Source: a virus (Duplodnaviria; Caudoviricetes). From it: a stretch of DNA of 36,911 nt. The notes under the pieces are model-generated. The model was not told where the DNA came from, ran no database searches, and worked only from the letters and a program-made list of their open reading frames with translations. The translations under genes and the position numbers were made by a program. Location: the IMG/VR virus record IMGVR_UViG_3300005259_000017, positions 1 to 36,911 of that record, one strand, 5' to 3'. Position 1 is the stretch's first letter. The number at the start of each line of letters is the position of its first letter. Positions 16,859-24,311 of this stretch are shown in pieces.

Positions 16859-17774
16859 ATACAGAAAAATTGACGTTCGTGTGTGGGCTGATGAAAATTT
16901 CAAGTCTCTTTCGCCGATACCGCCATGCGGCCAGGGTCTTTGGTTCTTCCTGTTGACTGGACCATTCACCGGCCCTATTCCTGGTTTATTTCGAGCGGGT
17001 CGGGCGGCGATGGCGGAAGAGCTGAAATGGCCACAGAAAGCCTTCGATAAAGCCTTTCAGGAAGCCTTACTTAAAGGCATGGTTAAAGCCGACTTCGAAG
17101 CCCCCCTAATATGGTTACCGAAAGCCTTAAAATACAACAAGCCGGAATCGCCCAACGTTATTACTTCATGGCTTGGAGAATTTGATACTCTCCCTGAATG
17201 TGATTTATTGCATGAAGCAATAATTTCTATCAGGGAAAATATTTGCGAGATGGATGATTCTTTCGTAAAGGCTTTCGATAAGGCTTTCGGTAAGGCTATC
17301 TTAAAGGCTTCAAGTAAGGCTATGCCTAATCAGGAACAGGAACAGGAACAGGAACAGGAACAGGAACAGGAACAGGAACAGGAACAGAAAGAAGATGGGC
17401 CGAAGAAAAAGACGCCCTCGGCGGAACCTTCGGTTCCAGCGGCTGTTGACCCTCTTTATTCCAAGATCAAGATTGCCTTCGAGACCGTCTTCGGGAAGTT
17501 CCCCGACTATGCCCGCGAGGGCATGGCGATCAAGAGGATTATCAAGTTCGTCGAGGGCGACGAGGCGATGGCGGAGCGGATCCTCACGACCTTCTACAAC
17601 CTGACCAGGTCGCAGGATCGGTACTGGGCGGGGCAGCCGTTCCTCCCCTCAATTCTATCCTCTGGCGGGATCTGGCCTCGGGTCCTGCTCGAATCTCAAA
17701 AGACCGAAGCGACTCAAAACGCCGACTGGTACGACAAGTACGCGCCAGCATCGGCGAAGGATGGTGTGGAATGA
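16851..17774 (+). CDS. Phage replication initiator (307 aa)
   Basis: MARYRKI...W.D..F..LS...LW.FLLT N-terminus, internal 12-bp repeats, and a QE-repeat linker. Confidence 0.78.
   Translation: MARYRKIDVRVWADENFKSLSPIPPCGQGLWFFLLTGPFTGPIPGLFRAGRAAMAEELKWPQKAFDKAFQEALLKGMVKADFEAPLIWLPKALKYNKPESPNVITSWLGEFDTLPECDLLHEAIISIRENICEMDDSFVKAFDKAFGKAILKASSKAMPNQEQEQEQEQEQEQEQEQEQKEDGPKKKTPSAEPSVPAAVDPLYSKIKIAFETVFGKFPDYAREGMAIKRIIKFVEGDEAMAERILTTFYNLTRSQDRYWAGQPFLPSILSSGGIWPRVLLESQKTEATQNADWYDKYAPASAKDGVE
17037..17321. repeat. Putative replication origin: two oppositely oriented 12-bp-period iteron-like arrays
   Basis: (A/G)AAGCCTT at 17037, 17049, 17061 and 17121, with degenerate copies in phase; AAGGCT at 17268, 17280, 17292, 17304 and 17316; AT-rich DNA between. 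Confidence 0.7.
17331..17384 (+). repeat. Perfect hexanucleotide tandem repeat (CAGGAA)x9 encoding poly-QE
   Basis: Read directly. Confidence 0.95.
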
Positions 17775-18160
17775 CCGGAAAAGAGTTCGTAATGTGGATT
17801 GAGGGCTACTACAGCCCCTACCCTATCGGACAGATGAGGGACGTTGCCGAGTACGTCGGCAAGCTCTCGCCGACCTATCTCGACGCGCTGCGCTGGGCGC
17901 TGATGCGCGGGTTCACCTCACAGTACAAGAAGGCGCCCGACATCGCGATATTCGAGAAGTTCCAAGAGGACGCGCTGGCGGCGATGCCCGCGAGGCCGGC
18001 GCTCGAGGCCCCGGAGGATGAGGAGGAATACCGGAACCTGGTCGACCTCTCGGCCGAGGCCCGCCGGCGCGGGATCGACCCGACGGTCGAGGGCTGGATG
18101 GCGCGGCTTCTGTTCGCCAGGGTGCGCGAGGCGAAGGTGAAAAAGGCGGTGCGGGTATGA
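17771..18160 (+). CDS. Hypothetical protein, helicase loader/inhibitor-like by position
   Basis: Follows the initiator; K.APDIA motif. Confidence 0.5.
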   Translation: MTGKEFVMWIEGYYSPYPIGQMRDVAEYVGKLSPTYLDALRWALMRGFTSQYKKAPDIAIFEKFQEDALAAMPARPALEAPEDEEEYRNLVDLSAEARRRGIDPTVEGWMARLLFARVREAKVKKAVRV

Positions 18161-18492
18161 ACTATCGAACCGAGCATGACAGCTGGCCGTATTTGGGGAC
18201 TCGGCGGCAAGCCGAAGAGGACGCCCGCTATGACCATAAGGATCGCGACCTCTACAACCGATACGGCACCGATCAACAGCGGGCCTACCGCGAGGAATAC
18301 GACCGCCAAGAAAGGGCTATCGAGGATCGCAGGAGCGAGGAGCGCGAACAGGAAGAGCGGGAACAACGCCGACGGAACGAAGAGAGGCTACAGCGCGAAC
18401 GCGAAGAGCAGTGGGAATATGAGCAGCGCCAGCAAGAAGAATACGCTGAACAGGCGGAATTAAGCGGCGAAGATACAGAGGCGACGACATGA
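18157..18492 (+). CDS. E/Q/R-rich hypothetical protein (111 aa)
   Basis: ATGA coupling on both sides. Confidence 0.55.
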   Translation: MNYRTEHDSWPYLGTRRQAEEDARYDHKDRDLYNRYGTDQQRAYREEYDRQERAIEDRRSEEREQEEREQRRRNEERLQREREEQWEYEQRQQEEYAEQAELSGEDTEATT

Positions 18493-18776
18493 AAAAGAAC
18501 CTGCTCATCGCGGCCCTCTCCCTGACCGTCTTCCTCTCCCTGCTTTTTCGGCCCGCGCCCGGGGCGACCATGCGCATGGGGCAGCCGATCTACGACCGGG
18601 ACCGAAACGCCTTCTTCTCGGAGCTGACCTACGGACACGACGGCTTCGCGGTGGTCTACTTCCGGACGCCCGAGCTCGCCGCTGAGTTCGCCCGGCTATC
18701 GGGCGTGGAAGTCGTGATGCGGGCCGCGCCGGTGCGGATCGCGCGGTCTGATGTAGTAGTCGAGGCGACGAAATGA
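18489..18776 (+). CDS. Hypothetical protein with signal peptide (95 aa)
   Basis: MKKNLLIAALSLTVFLSLLF N-terminus. Confidence 0.6.
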   Translation: MKKNLLIAALSLTVFLSLLFRPAPGATMRMGQPIYDRDRNAFFSELTYGHDGFAVVYFRTPELAAEFARLSGVEVVMRAAPVRIARSDVVVEATK

Positions 18777-19612
18777 TGCGCCACCGATTCGACGACGACA
18801 GCACCGGCGGCGAGCTGGCCCCGCGCATGACGGTGGACGGGCTCTACACGGCGAAGCTGGACATCATCGCCCGGATGCACGAGCTCGAGGAGAAGGATCA
18901 CCAACTGCGGAAGAAGTTTGAGACGATCAAGGGATACACGCCCTACGACCTGAGCTGCCATGATAGCGGGCTGAACCGCGAGACCGAGAAGGGCTACGAG
19001 AAATGCGTCGACCGTTGGTGCTGGAAGTACCTCGTCGACCTGTTCGGGCTTCACCGCTACATGCTCTGCACGGCGTACAAGCAGCTCCAGGATGACATCG
19101 AGGCGGGGCGGACGCCGGACTTTACGCCCGACAACGCCCGCGGCTGGCTCGCCTCGCTGCAGGATCTCGTCAACGACAATGTGCGCACCCTGATTCACCA
19201 AGTCTTCGACGAGCTGACGCGAGGCACCTACCGGACCGGCTCAAGCTGGAACTCGCCGGAGAAGAAGCGGAACAACAACGGCGTCGATGCCCGATTCATC
19301 CTGCACACGGGCGACTGGTCCTCGCTGTTCGGGTATTACTCCGACAAGCCGACCGTGACGGACGACCTAGAAAAGGTCTGCTACATCGTTGCCGGCCAGG
19401 AGCTGCCGAAGATCACCGCGAAAGAGACGATGCGGAAGGACAAAGTGGACACCTACAAGAACGAGTTTTTCGAGCTGAAGGTATGCCAGAACGGGAACAC
19501 CCACTATGTCTTGTCGGACACGGTGCGGGATGCGCTCAACCTGTACGGACCGTCCGGGGCGATCCTGGGCGAGAACGTCAAGATCAAGATCGTGGAGAGG
19601 GTGCAATGGTGA
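18773..19612 (+). CDS. DUF4942-like protein (279 aa)
   Basis: VDR..WKYL, PDFT.DN, I..VFD.L, DDLEKV and F.LK..QNGN.H motifs. Confidence 0.7.
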   Translation: MMRHRFDDDSTGGELAPRMTVDGLYTAKLDIIARMHELEEKDHQLRKKFETIKGYTPYDLSCHDSGLNRETEKGYEKCVDRWCWKYLVDLFGLHRYMLCTAYKQLQDDIEAGRTPDFTPDNARGWLASLQDLVNDNVRTLIHQVFDELTRGTYRTGSSWNSPEKKRNNNGVDARFILHTGDWSSLFGYYSDKPTVTDDLEKVCYIVAGQELPKITAKETMRKDKVDTYKNEFFELKVCQNGNTHYVLSDTVRDALNLYGPSGAILGENVKIKIVERVQW

Positions 19613-20028
19613 AATACGTACTGATCCCCGAAAGCGAAATTTCCGAGACGATAGAGAAGATCGTGTCGCGTTTTTCTGGCGCCCCTTTTTGGGTGGATGC
19701 CGTGCGCGAAGCCTGCAAAAACGTCCTCCACCCCACCGAAGTGCCAGAGAGCGCGGTGGAGCTGCGCGATCAACTTCAAAGCGGGCGGCATAGGAATATC
19801 GTAAATGAAAAAGGCGAACTTCTCGGACACGATTTTGTATTCGACCTTACCGCCGATAAAGCCGCCGCCCTGATCGACGCCTACGCCAAGCGGGTGCCGA
19901 GGGCGATGCTGGAAGACATTATCCGGTCAGCAACAGAAGTAGCCACCGATCCGATGGCGAGGGCATTAGGCGAATGTGTGAATTATCAGTGTATCGCCGC
20001 CAAGCACGGCTACAAAGTGGAGGGGTGA
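19606..20028 (+). CDS. Hypothetical protein (140 aa)
   Basis: GGAGAGG RBS; start overlaps the upstream stop. Confidence 0.55.
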   Translation: MVKYVLIPESEISETIEKIVSRFSGAPFWVDAVREACKNVLHPTEVPESAVELRDQLQSGRHRNIVNEKGELLGHDFVFDLTADKAAALIDAYAKRVPRAMLEDIIRSATEVATDPMARALGECVNYQCIAAKHGYKVEG

Positions 20029-20030
20029 AC

Positions 20031-20441
20031 ATGGAAAGTGCAATCGATAGCGGTGTGCTATACAGAAGGATACGCGAAAATTTGGGTGTAAAAGGATCAG
20101 CATCATATTTGAGAAATCTGCAACTTATCGAACTATTTGCAACAGCGATCCGCGCCGACGAGAGAACTAAGGCGGCGGAGCGAGCGGACGCTTATTTCGA
20201 TAAGGTAGGGCTGGTCCATGACTGGAACATGGACGACTTGCGCCTCGCCATCACGCAGGGCCAGAGCGACCCGAGAGGCGACGAGGTTCTCGCCCTCCGC
20301 GCACAGGTGGAGAGGCAGAGGGCAACAATCGAAGGCGCGGTCAAGGCGATCGACGAAAAAGGGCTATCAAAAAAGGCAACGCGCGGGATGCTCATGGCCG
20401 CCCTTGCCCAGATCGAGAGCGAGGAGGTGGGGAGATGCTGA
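20031..20441 (+). CDS. Hypothetical protein (136 aa)
   Basis: GGAGG RBS. Confidence 0.55.
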   Translation: MESAIDSGVLYRRIRENLGVKGSASYLRNLQLIELFATAIRADERTKAAERADAYFDKVGLVHDWNMDDLRLAITQGQSDPRGDEVLALRAQVERQRATIEGAVKAIDEKGLSKKATRGMLMAALAQIESEEVGRC

Positions 20442-20683
20442 AGGGAATCAAATTTGTTCTAAAAAGTGGTCAATTTGATTATTACGACCCAGTTGAATAT
20501 GATGATGGACTTCAGGAAACAGAAACAAAATACCTTGTCGACAACGGGTTTTATAAATACGAAATAATGAAATCAGACATCGAATCATACTCTTGGTACG
20601 ACCTATGCCTAAAATGCCAAAGAGGACTTGATGAGGATGGTAATTGTCATTATTGCGACGACGAAAGCGAGGCCCAGCCATGA
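20435..20683 (+). CDS. Acidic low-GC hypothetical protein with C-terminal CxxC...CxxC (82 aa)
   Basis: GGAGG RBS; CLKC and CHYC motifs. Confidence 0.6.
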   Translation: MLKGIKFVLKSGQFDYYDPVEYDDGLQETETKYLVDNGFYKYEIMKSDIESYSWYDLCLKCQRGLDEDGNCHYCDDESEAQP

Positions 20684-21354
20684 GCGCGACGAAAGAGCAG
20701 ATCGACGAGGCGAAAGCCAACATAAGCTATAAACTACTCCACGGAACGCTAGACGAGGATGACGATGAGGTGATCGTCCTCGACGCCCTCACCGCCGCCG
20801 AGCAGCAGAATCGCGACGACCTTGCCGCAAAGATAAAGTTGCGCGAACTGCTGGACGCCGCCGAGCGCGAGCGGGACGAGTGGCGAGAGTCGGCGCACAC
20901 AGCCAACACGACGCTGTTTCATACATTCAAAGAGCGGGACGAGGCCGTGGCGCGAGTGGCCGAGCTTGAGAAGGCGATACGCGAGGCGCCGGAACGGCAA
21001 CGGGCAGATTGGTACAAATTAGCGCTCATTAGATTAATAGACGCCGCAGAATCGTACAGCGCCGATCAAGGTGGAGCAACCGATAGACGGTGTGGTTTAG
21101 TCCAGCCAATCACAGTAGCGGAAGGCATTGAATTAAACGATGCGCTCACGCAAGCCCGCGAAATCATTGAGCGGGATGGAGAACCAGAGCCAATTCCCGA
21201 ACTAGCGGTAGTTTTAGATGGCAAAAAATACAAGGTAGTTCCATGGGTTGAAGACGACTCTTGCGAGGGGTGTGCCGCCGAGAAAAGCGCAAGCCTTTGT
21301 CATGTTCTTAAATATCATTGCATTGGCGGAATATTTACGGAGGTAAAAGAATGA
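20680..21354 (+). CDS. Coiled-coil hypothetical protein with Cys-rich C-terminus (224 aa)
   Basis: ATGA coupling on both sides. Confidence 0.6.
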   Translation: MSATKEQIDEAKANISYKLLHGTLDEDDDEVIVLDALTAAEQQNRDDLAAKIKLRELLDAAERERDEWRESAHTANTTLFHTFKERDEAVARVAELEKAIREAPERQRADWYKLALIRLIDAAESYSADQGGATDRRCGLVQPITVAEGIELNDALTQAREIIERDGEPEPIPELAVVLDGKKYKVVPWVEDDSCEGCAAEKSASLCHVLKYHCIGGIFTEVKE

Positions 21355-22145
21355 AAAAAATTGAGCGAAATAGATTACGAGCTATGGTTCGCACCATGTA
21401 CGACTATCAGGACATGAGGATGCGCACAGCCGGGCGGCTTCGCCTCAAGGCGGACGACTCTGGCCAAGACGAAGAAAACATGGCGGAGGCTGTGTTTTCC
21501 GAAAAGGACTACGCCATCATTGAGTCGGTAAAGTCTGATACGCAGGCGATCGAAAAGAGGCTTGCGAAGCAGATCGAGAAGATGGTCAAAGATGAGCCTT
21601 TGTGGGACGCTTTCTTCGATGCCGTGAAGGGCTGCGGGCCTTTGATGAGCGCGGCGATCATGGCGGAGTTCGACATCGAAAAAGCAACCACCGTCTCGAA
21701 GATGTGGCAATACGCGGGACTGAACCCTGGCATGGTCCGGGGGAAAAAGCGAGTCCAGGGCAAGGGTCCTGATTTCAAAATAGTGGAAACGGACACGATG
21801 ATCCGTGGCGATCGGCTTACGGCGGGGTTCGTCGCTCCGTTCAACGGCTGGCTTCGCACGAAACTCGTCGGAGTTTTGGCCGACTGTATGATCAAGGCAC
21901 AATCTTCTTACGCCCTTGATTATTACTATCCCTACAAGGAGCGATTGGAGAATGAAGAGAACATCGTAGCCGGTGGTGAGAAAAAATGGAGCGAAGAAAG
22001 CAAGGGCCACCGCGCCAATGCCGCGAAGCGCTACATGATCAAAATGTTTCTCAAGGATCTGTACGTCGCCTGGCGCACGGTGGAAAATCTGCCAGTCCGA
22101 GCCCCGTATCAGGAAGAATACCTTGGGCATAAGCATGTTTCTTGA
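21351..22145 (+). CDS. tasA: TIGR-associated Nop-domain protein without a nuclease domain (TasA-like; IS110-related), 264 aa
   Basis: Coiled coil (LR.MV..Y..Q..R...GRL; EKRL.KQIEK), VKGCGP, SKMWQYAGL.P, FN..LRTKL, YY..YK.RL, GH....A.RYMIKMFL.DLY..WR..E.LP. No N-terminal RuvC/DEDD domain. Lies directly upstream of a 36-nt dual-repeat array. Confidence 0.85.
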   Translation: MKKIERNRLRAMVRTMYDYQDMRMRTAGRLRLKADDSGQDEENMAEAVFSEKDYAIIESVKSDTQAIEKRLAKQIEKMVKDEPLWDAFFDAVKGCGPLMSAAIMAEFDIEKATTVSKMWQYAGLNPGMVRGKKRVQGKGPDFKIVETDTMIRGDRLTAGFVAPFNGWLRTKLVGVLADCMIKAQSSYALDYYYPYKERLENEENIVAGGEKKWSEESKGHRANAAKRYMIKMFLKDLYVAWRTVENLPVRAPYQEEYLGHKHVS

Positions 22146-22153
22146 AAAAAGTA

Positions 22154-22162
22154 TGGTATAAT
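22154..22162 (+). promoter_or_regulatory. Extended -10 promoter TGGTATAAT driving the array
   Basis: Perfect TGnTATAAT; the predicted +1 near 22169 falls on the GGCCA of the first unit. Confidence 0.75.
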
Positions 22163-22164
22163 CA

Positions 22165-22347
22165 AGCGGGCCAGTATGAATAAGAAAACCACTGAACCAG
22201 AGCGAGCCAAGGATGGCAAGATGACCATGAAAAGCGAGCGAGCCAAATTCGTGAAGAAACCCAAAGTAATGAAGCGAGCCACGTCTGTAGAGAAACCCAA
22301 AGCGATTGAGCGGGCCATTATAAGCAAGTAACCCAAATGTAAGTAGC
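22165..22347 (+). ncRNA. TIGR array: five 36-nt units (edge AGCG(A/G)GCCA, 9-nt spacer A, loop AGWWRMCCA, 9-nt spacer B)
   Basis: Edge repeats at 22165, 22201, 22237, 22273 and 22309 (degenerate at 22345); loop repeats at 22183, 22219, 22255, 22291 and 22327; ten distinct 9-nt spacers. Confidence 0.9.
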
Positions 22348-22356
22348 TGTACGCTC

Positions 22357-22388
22357 AGGCCCTGCCGCAATGGTGGGGCCTTTTCTTA
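22357..22388 (+). terminator. Rho-independent terminator after the array
   Basis: AGGCCCTGCC-GCAAT-GGTGGGGCCT stem followed by a T-rich tail. Confidence 0.8.
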
Positions 22389-22406
22389 TTGTTTTCTGCA
22401 TATTTG

Positions 22407-22451
22407 GGACACAATTGTGGTCTTTACAAGGGCCTTTTTATATGCAATTGT
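22407..22451 (+). promoter_or_regulatory. Late promoter candidate: GGACACAATTGTGGTC-TTTACA-N17-AATTGT (TGn-extended)
   Basis: 22-bp motif shared (21/22) with 28564-28585; the terS ATG lies 7 nt after the weak -10. Confidence 0.6.
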
Positions 22452-22458
22452 TTAGATA

Positions 22459-23001
22459 ATGGGAACCCCCGATGCCATTACAGCCTCACCAGCGCCAAAA
22501 AAGAAGCGAGGCCGCAAATCGTCATACAGCCCTAAGTACGACGAATTGGCATACAATTTTTGTCTTCTTGGTGCCACGGACGATCAATTAGCGGAAAACT
22601 TTGCGGTTACTAGGAAAACCTTACAGGCGTGGAAACGCAAACATTCAAAATTTCTATCCGCCATTAAGGCCGGGAAGAAATTGGCGGACGCCGAAATAGC
22701 CAGGTCTCTCTATGAGCGAGCGAAGGGCGCGCACTGGAAAGAGCAACAGGCGTTCAAGTGCAAGGACGTAACCTGGGAAGGCAACCACCGCATCGAGTCC
22801 GAACATATCGAGGTTGTATGGGTTGAGCGAGCGGCCCCGCCCGACACCGAAGCCTGCAAGGTATGGCTCAATAACCGCGACAAGGAAAATTGGCGGCAGA
22901 AACAGGAATCGTCAGGCGATGGTAATTTTGACGCGCTGGTTCAGGAAATGCGGAATAGATACGACGCGCTTCTCGGAAAGTACAATGGGGGCGCTCAATG
23001 A
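22459..23001 (+). CDS. terS: Terminase small subunit
   Basis: GRKSSY.P, LGATDDQLA..F.V...TL..WK..H..F..AIK.GK..AD, SLY.RA.G, PPDT.A...WL.NR...WR. Confidence 0.88.
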   Translation: MGTPDAITASPAPKKKRGRKSSYSPKYDELAYNFCLLGATDDQLAENFAVTRKTLQAWKRKHSKFLSAIKAGKKLADAEIARSLYERAKGAHWKEQQAFKCKDVTWEGNHRIESEHIEVVWVERAAPPDTEACKVWLNNRDKENWRQKQESSGDGNFDALVQEMRNRYDALLGKYNGGAQ

Positions 23002-24311
23002 TCCTTCCCATGCGTGAAAAGTCCATGGAAGCCTTGCGGCTCGGGCATCAGAACCCAGTCGAAATGACAGCCTACGAAGGGTCGATCCGAAGCGCGAAGA
23101 CCGTGACGAGCCTTCACGACTGGAACGACTACATTCTTCACTGCCCGCCAGGAAACCTGCTCATGTCGGGGAACACGCTCGGGAGCCTGTCGCGCAACTG
23201 CCTCGACGATCCAGAGTACGGGTTCCTCGCCATCACCGGGAAGGCCGCACGCCAGGGAACCGACCGGGACGGATCGCACTATCTGCTCTACGACGGCAAG
23301 ACGATCTACCTCATGGGCGGGAACGACGCCGCCAGCTTCAAGAAAGCCCAGGGCTTGACGATTCTCGGCTGGTACGGCGACGAGGCCCCGCTACAGCACC
23401 CCGATTTCGTAAAGACGGCGCTCGGGCGCTCGTTCGCGTCGCCGATGATCAGGAACATCGTCACCCTCAACCCCGAAGCGCCGACGCATTGGTTCTACAA
23501 GGACCCCGGCATCGGCATCGACCGCTGGGGCAAGGACTACGTGCCGAGGCTCTATCGCCGCTTCCACTTCACGCTCGACGACAACCCCGCGATTTCCGAG
23601 GAGCGCAAGGCACGACTGGCCGAGTCGTACACCGGCGTCTTTTATAAACGCTACATCCTTGGCCTTCGTGTCCGCGCCGAGGGCGGAATCTATACGAGCT
23701 TCGTCAACAATAAGCCCGGCAAGCCGGGGAACGTACTCTACGAACTGCCGGGCCTGCAGCCAGGGCACGAACGCGAGCGCATCTTCAAGATCACCCTGGG
23801 CGCCGACTTTGGCGGCTCCAAGAGCGCGACGACGTTCAGTGCGACAGGCTGGTTCATCAACGCCGCCGGCAAGCTGTCCGTCGTTACCGTCAAGGAACAC
23901 TACGACTCGCTCAACAAGTCCGTCGAATCGATCCTCTCAGCTTGGAAAACCTTCGTGATGAAGGCGCGGGAAATCGCCCCGGTCGAGCGGGCGTTCGGCG
24001 ACTCCGCGGAGCAGCTCATCATCAAGTCTATGAACTCATGCGGGGCGGGAATCTACGTCGAGAACGCGATGAAAAGGCCGATCATCGACCGGATCAGGCT
24101 CTACGACGTGCTCTACAGCCAGGGGCGGGCGTTCATCATGCGCGACTGCCCGAAGACTATCGAGGCCGTGGAAAACGCGGTATGGGATCCGAAGAAGAAC
24201 GACGAACGGCTCGATGATGGATCAACGAACATTGACAGCCTGGACGCCATGGAATACTCGACCGAGCGCGACGCAAGCCAACTACTCGAACAAATGAGGG
24301 GTGCATTATGA
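22998..24311 (+). CDS. terL: Terminase large subunit (PBSX-like)
   Basis: EGSIRSAKT Walker A, WYGDE Walker B, TLNP, FTLDDNP, GADFG, DSAE and D.LDAMEY. Confidence 0.92.
   Translation: MILPMREKSMEALRLGHQNPVEMTAYEGSIRSAKTVTSLHDWNDYILHCPPGNLLMSGNTLGSLSRNCLDDPEYGFLAITGKAARQGTDRDGSHYLLYDGKTIYLMGGNDAASFKKAQGLTILGWYGDEAPLQHPDFVKTALGRSFASPMIRNIVTLNPEAPTHWFYKDPGIGIDRWGKDYVPRLYRRFHFTLDDNPAISEERKARLAESYTGVFYKRYILGLRVRAEGGIYTSFVNNKPGKPGNVLYELPGLQPGHERERIFKITLGADFGGSKSATTFSATGWFINAAGKLSVVTVKEHYDSLNKSVESILSAWKTFVMKAREIAPVERAFGDSAEQLIIKSMNSCGAGIYVENAMKRPIIDRIRLYDVLYSQGRAFIMRDCPKTIEAVENAVWDPKKNDERLDDGSTNIDSLDAMEYSTERDASQLLEQMRGAL

Noticed and set aside
21351-22145. Active IS110 transposon
   Set aside because: No RuvC/DEDD domain or catalytic serine motif; the gene is coupled into a phage operon and followed by a guide array.
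22165-22347. CRISPR array interpretation
   Set aside because: Repeats and spacers are only 9 nt, two repeat types alternate, and there are no cas genes.
22936-22944. Exact reverse-complement match of spacer B1 (CTGGTTCAG) in terS
   Set aside because: The adjacent bases do not match spacer A1, and a lone 9-mer is expected by chance.
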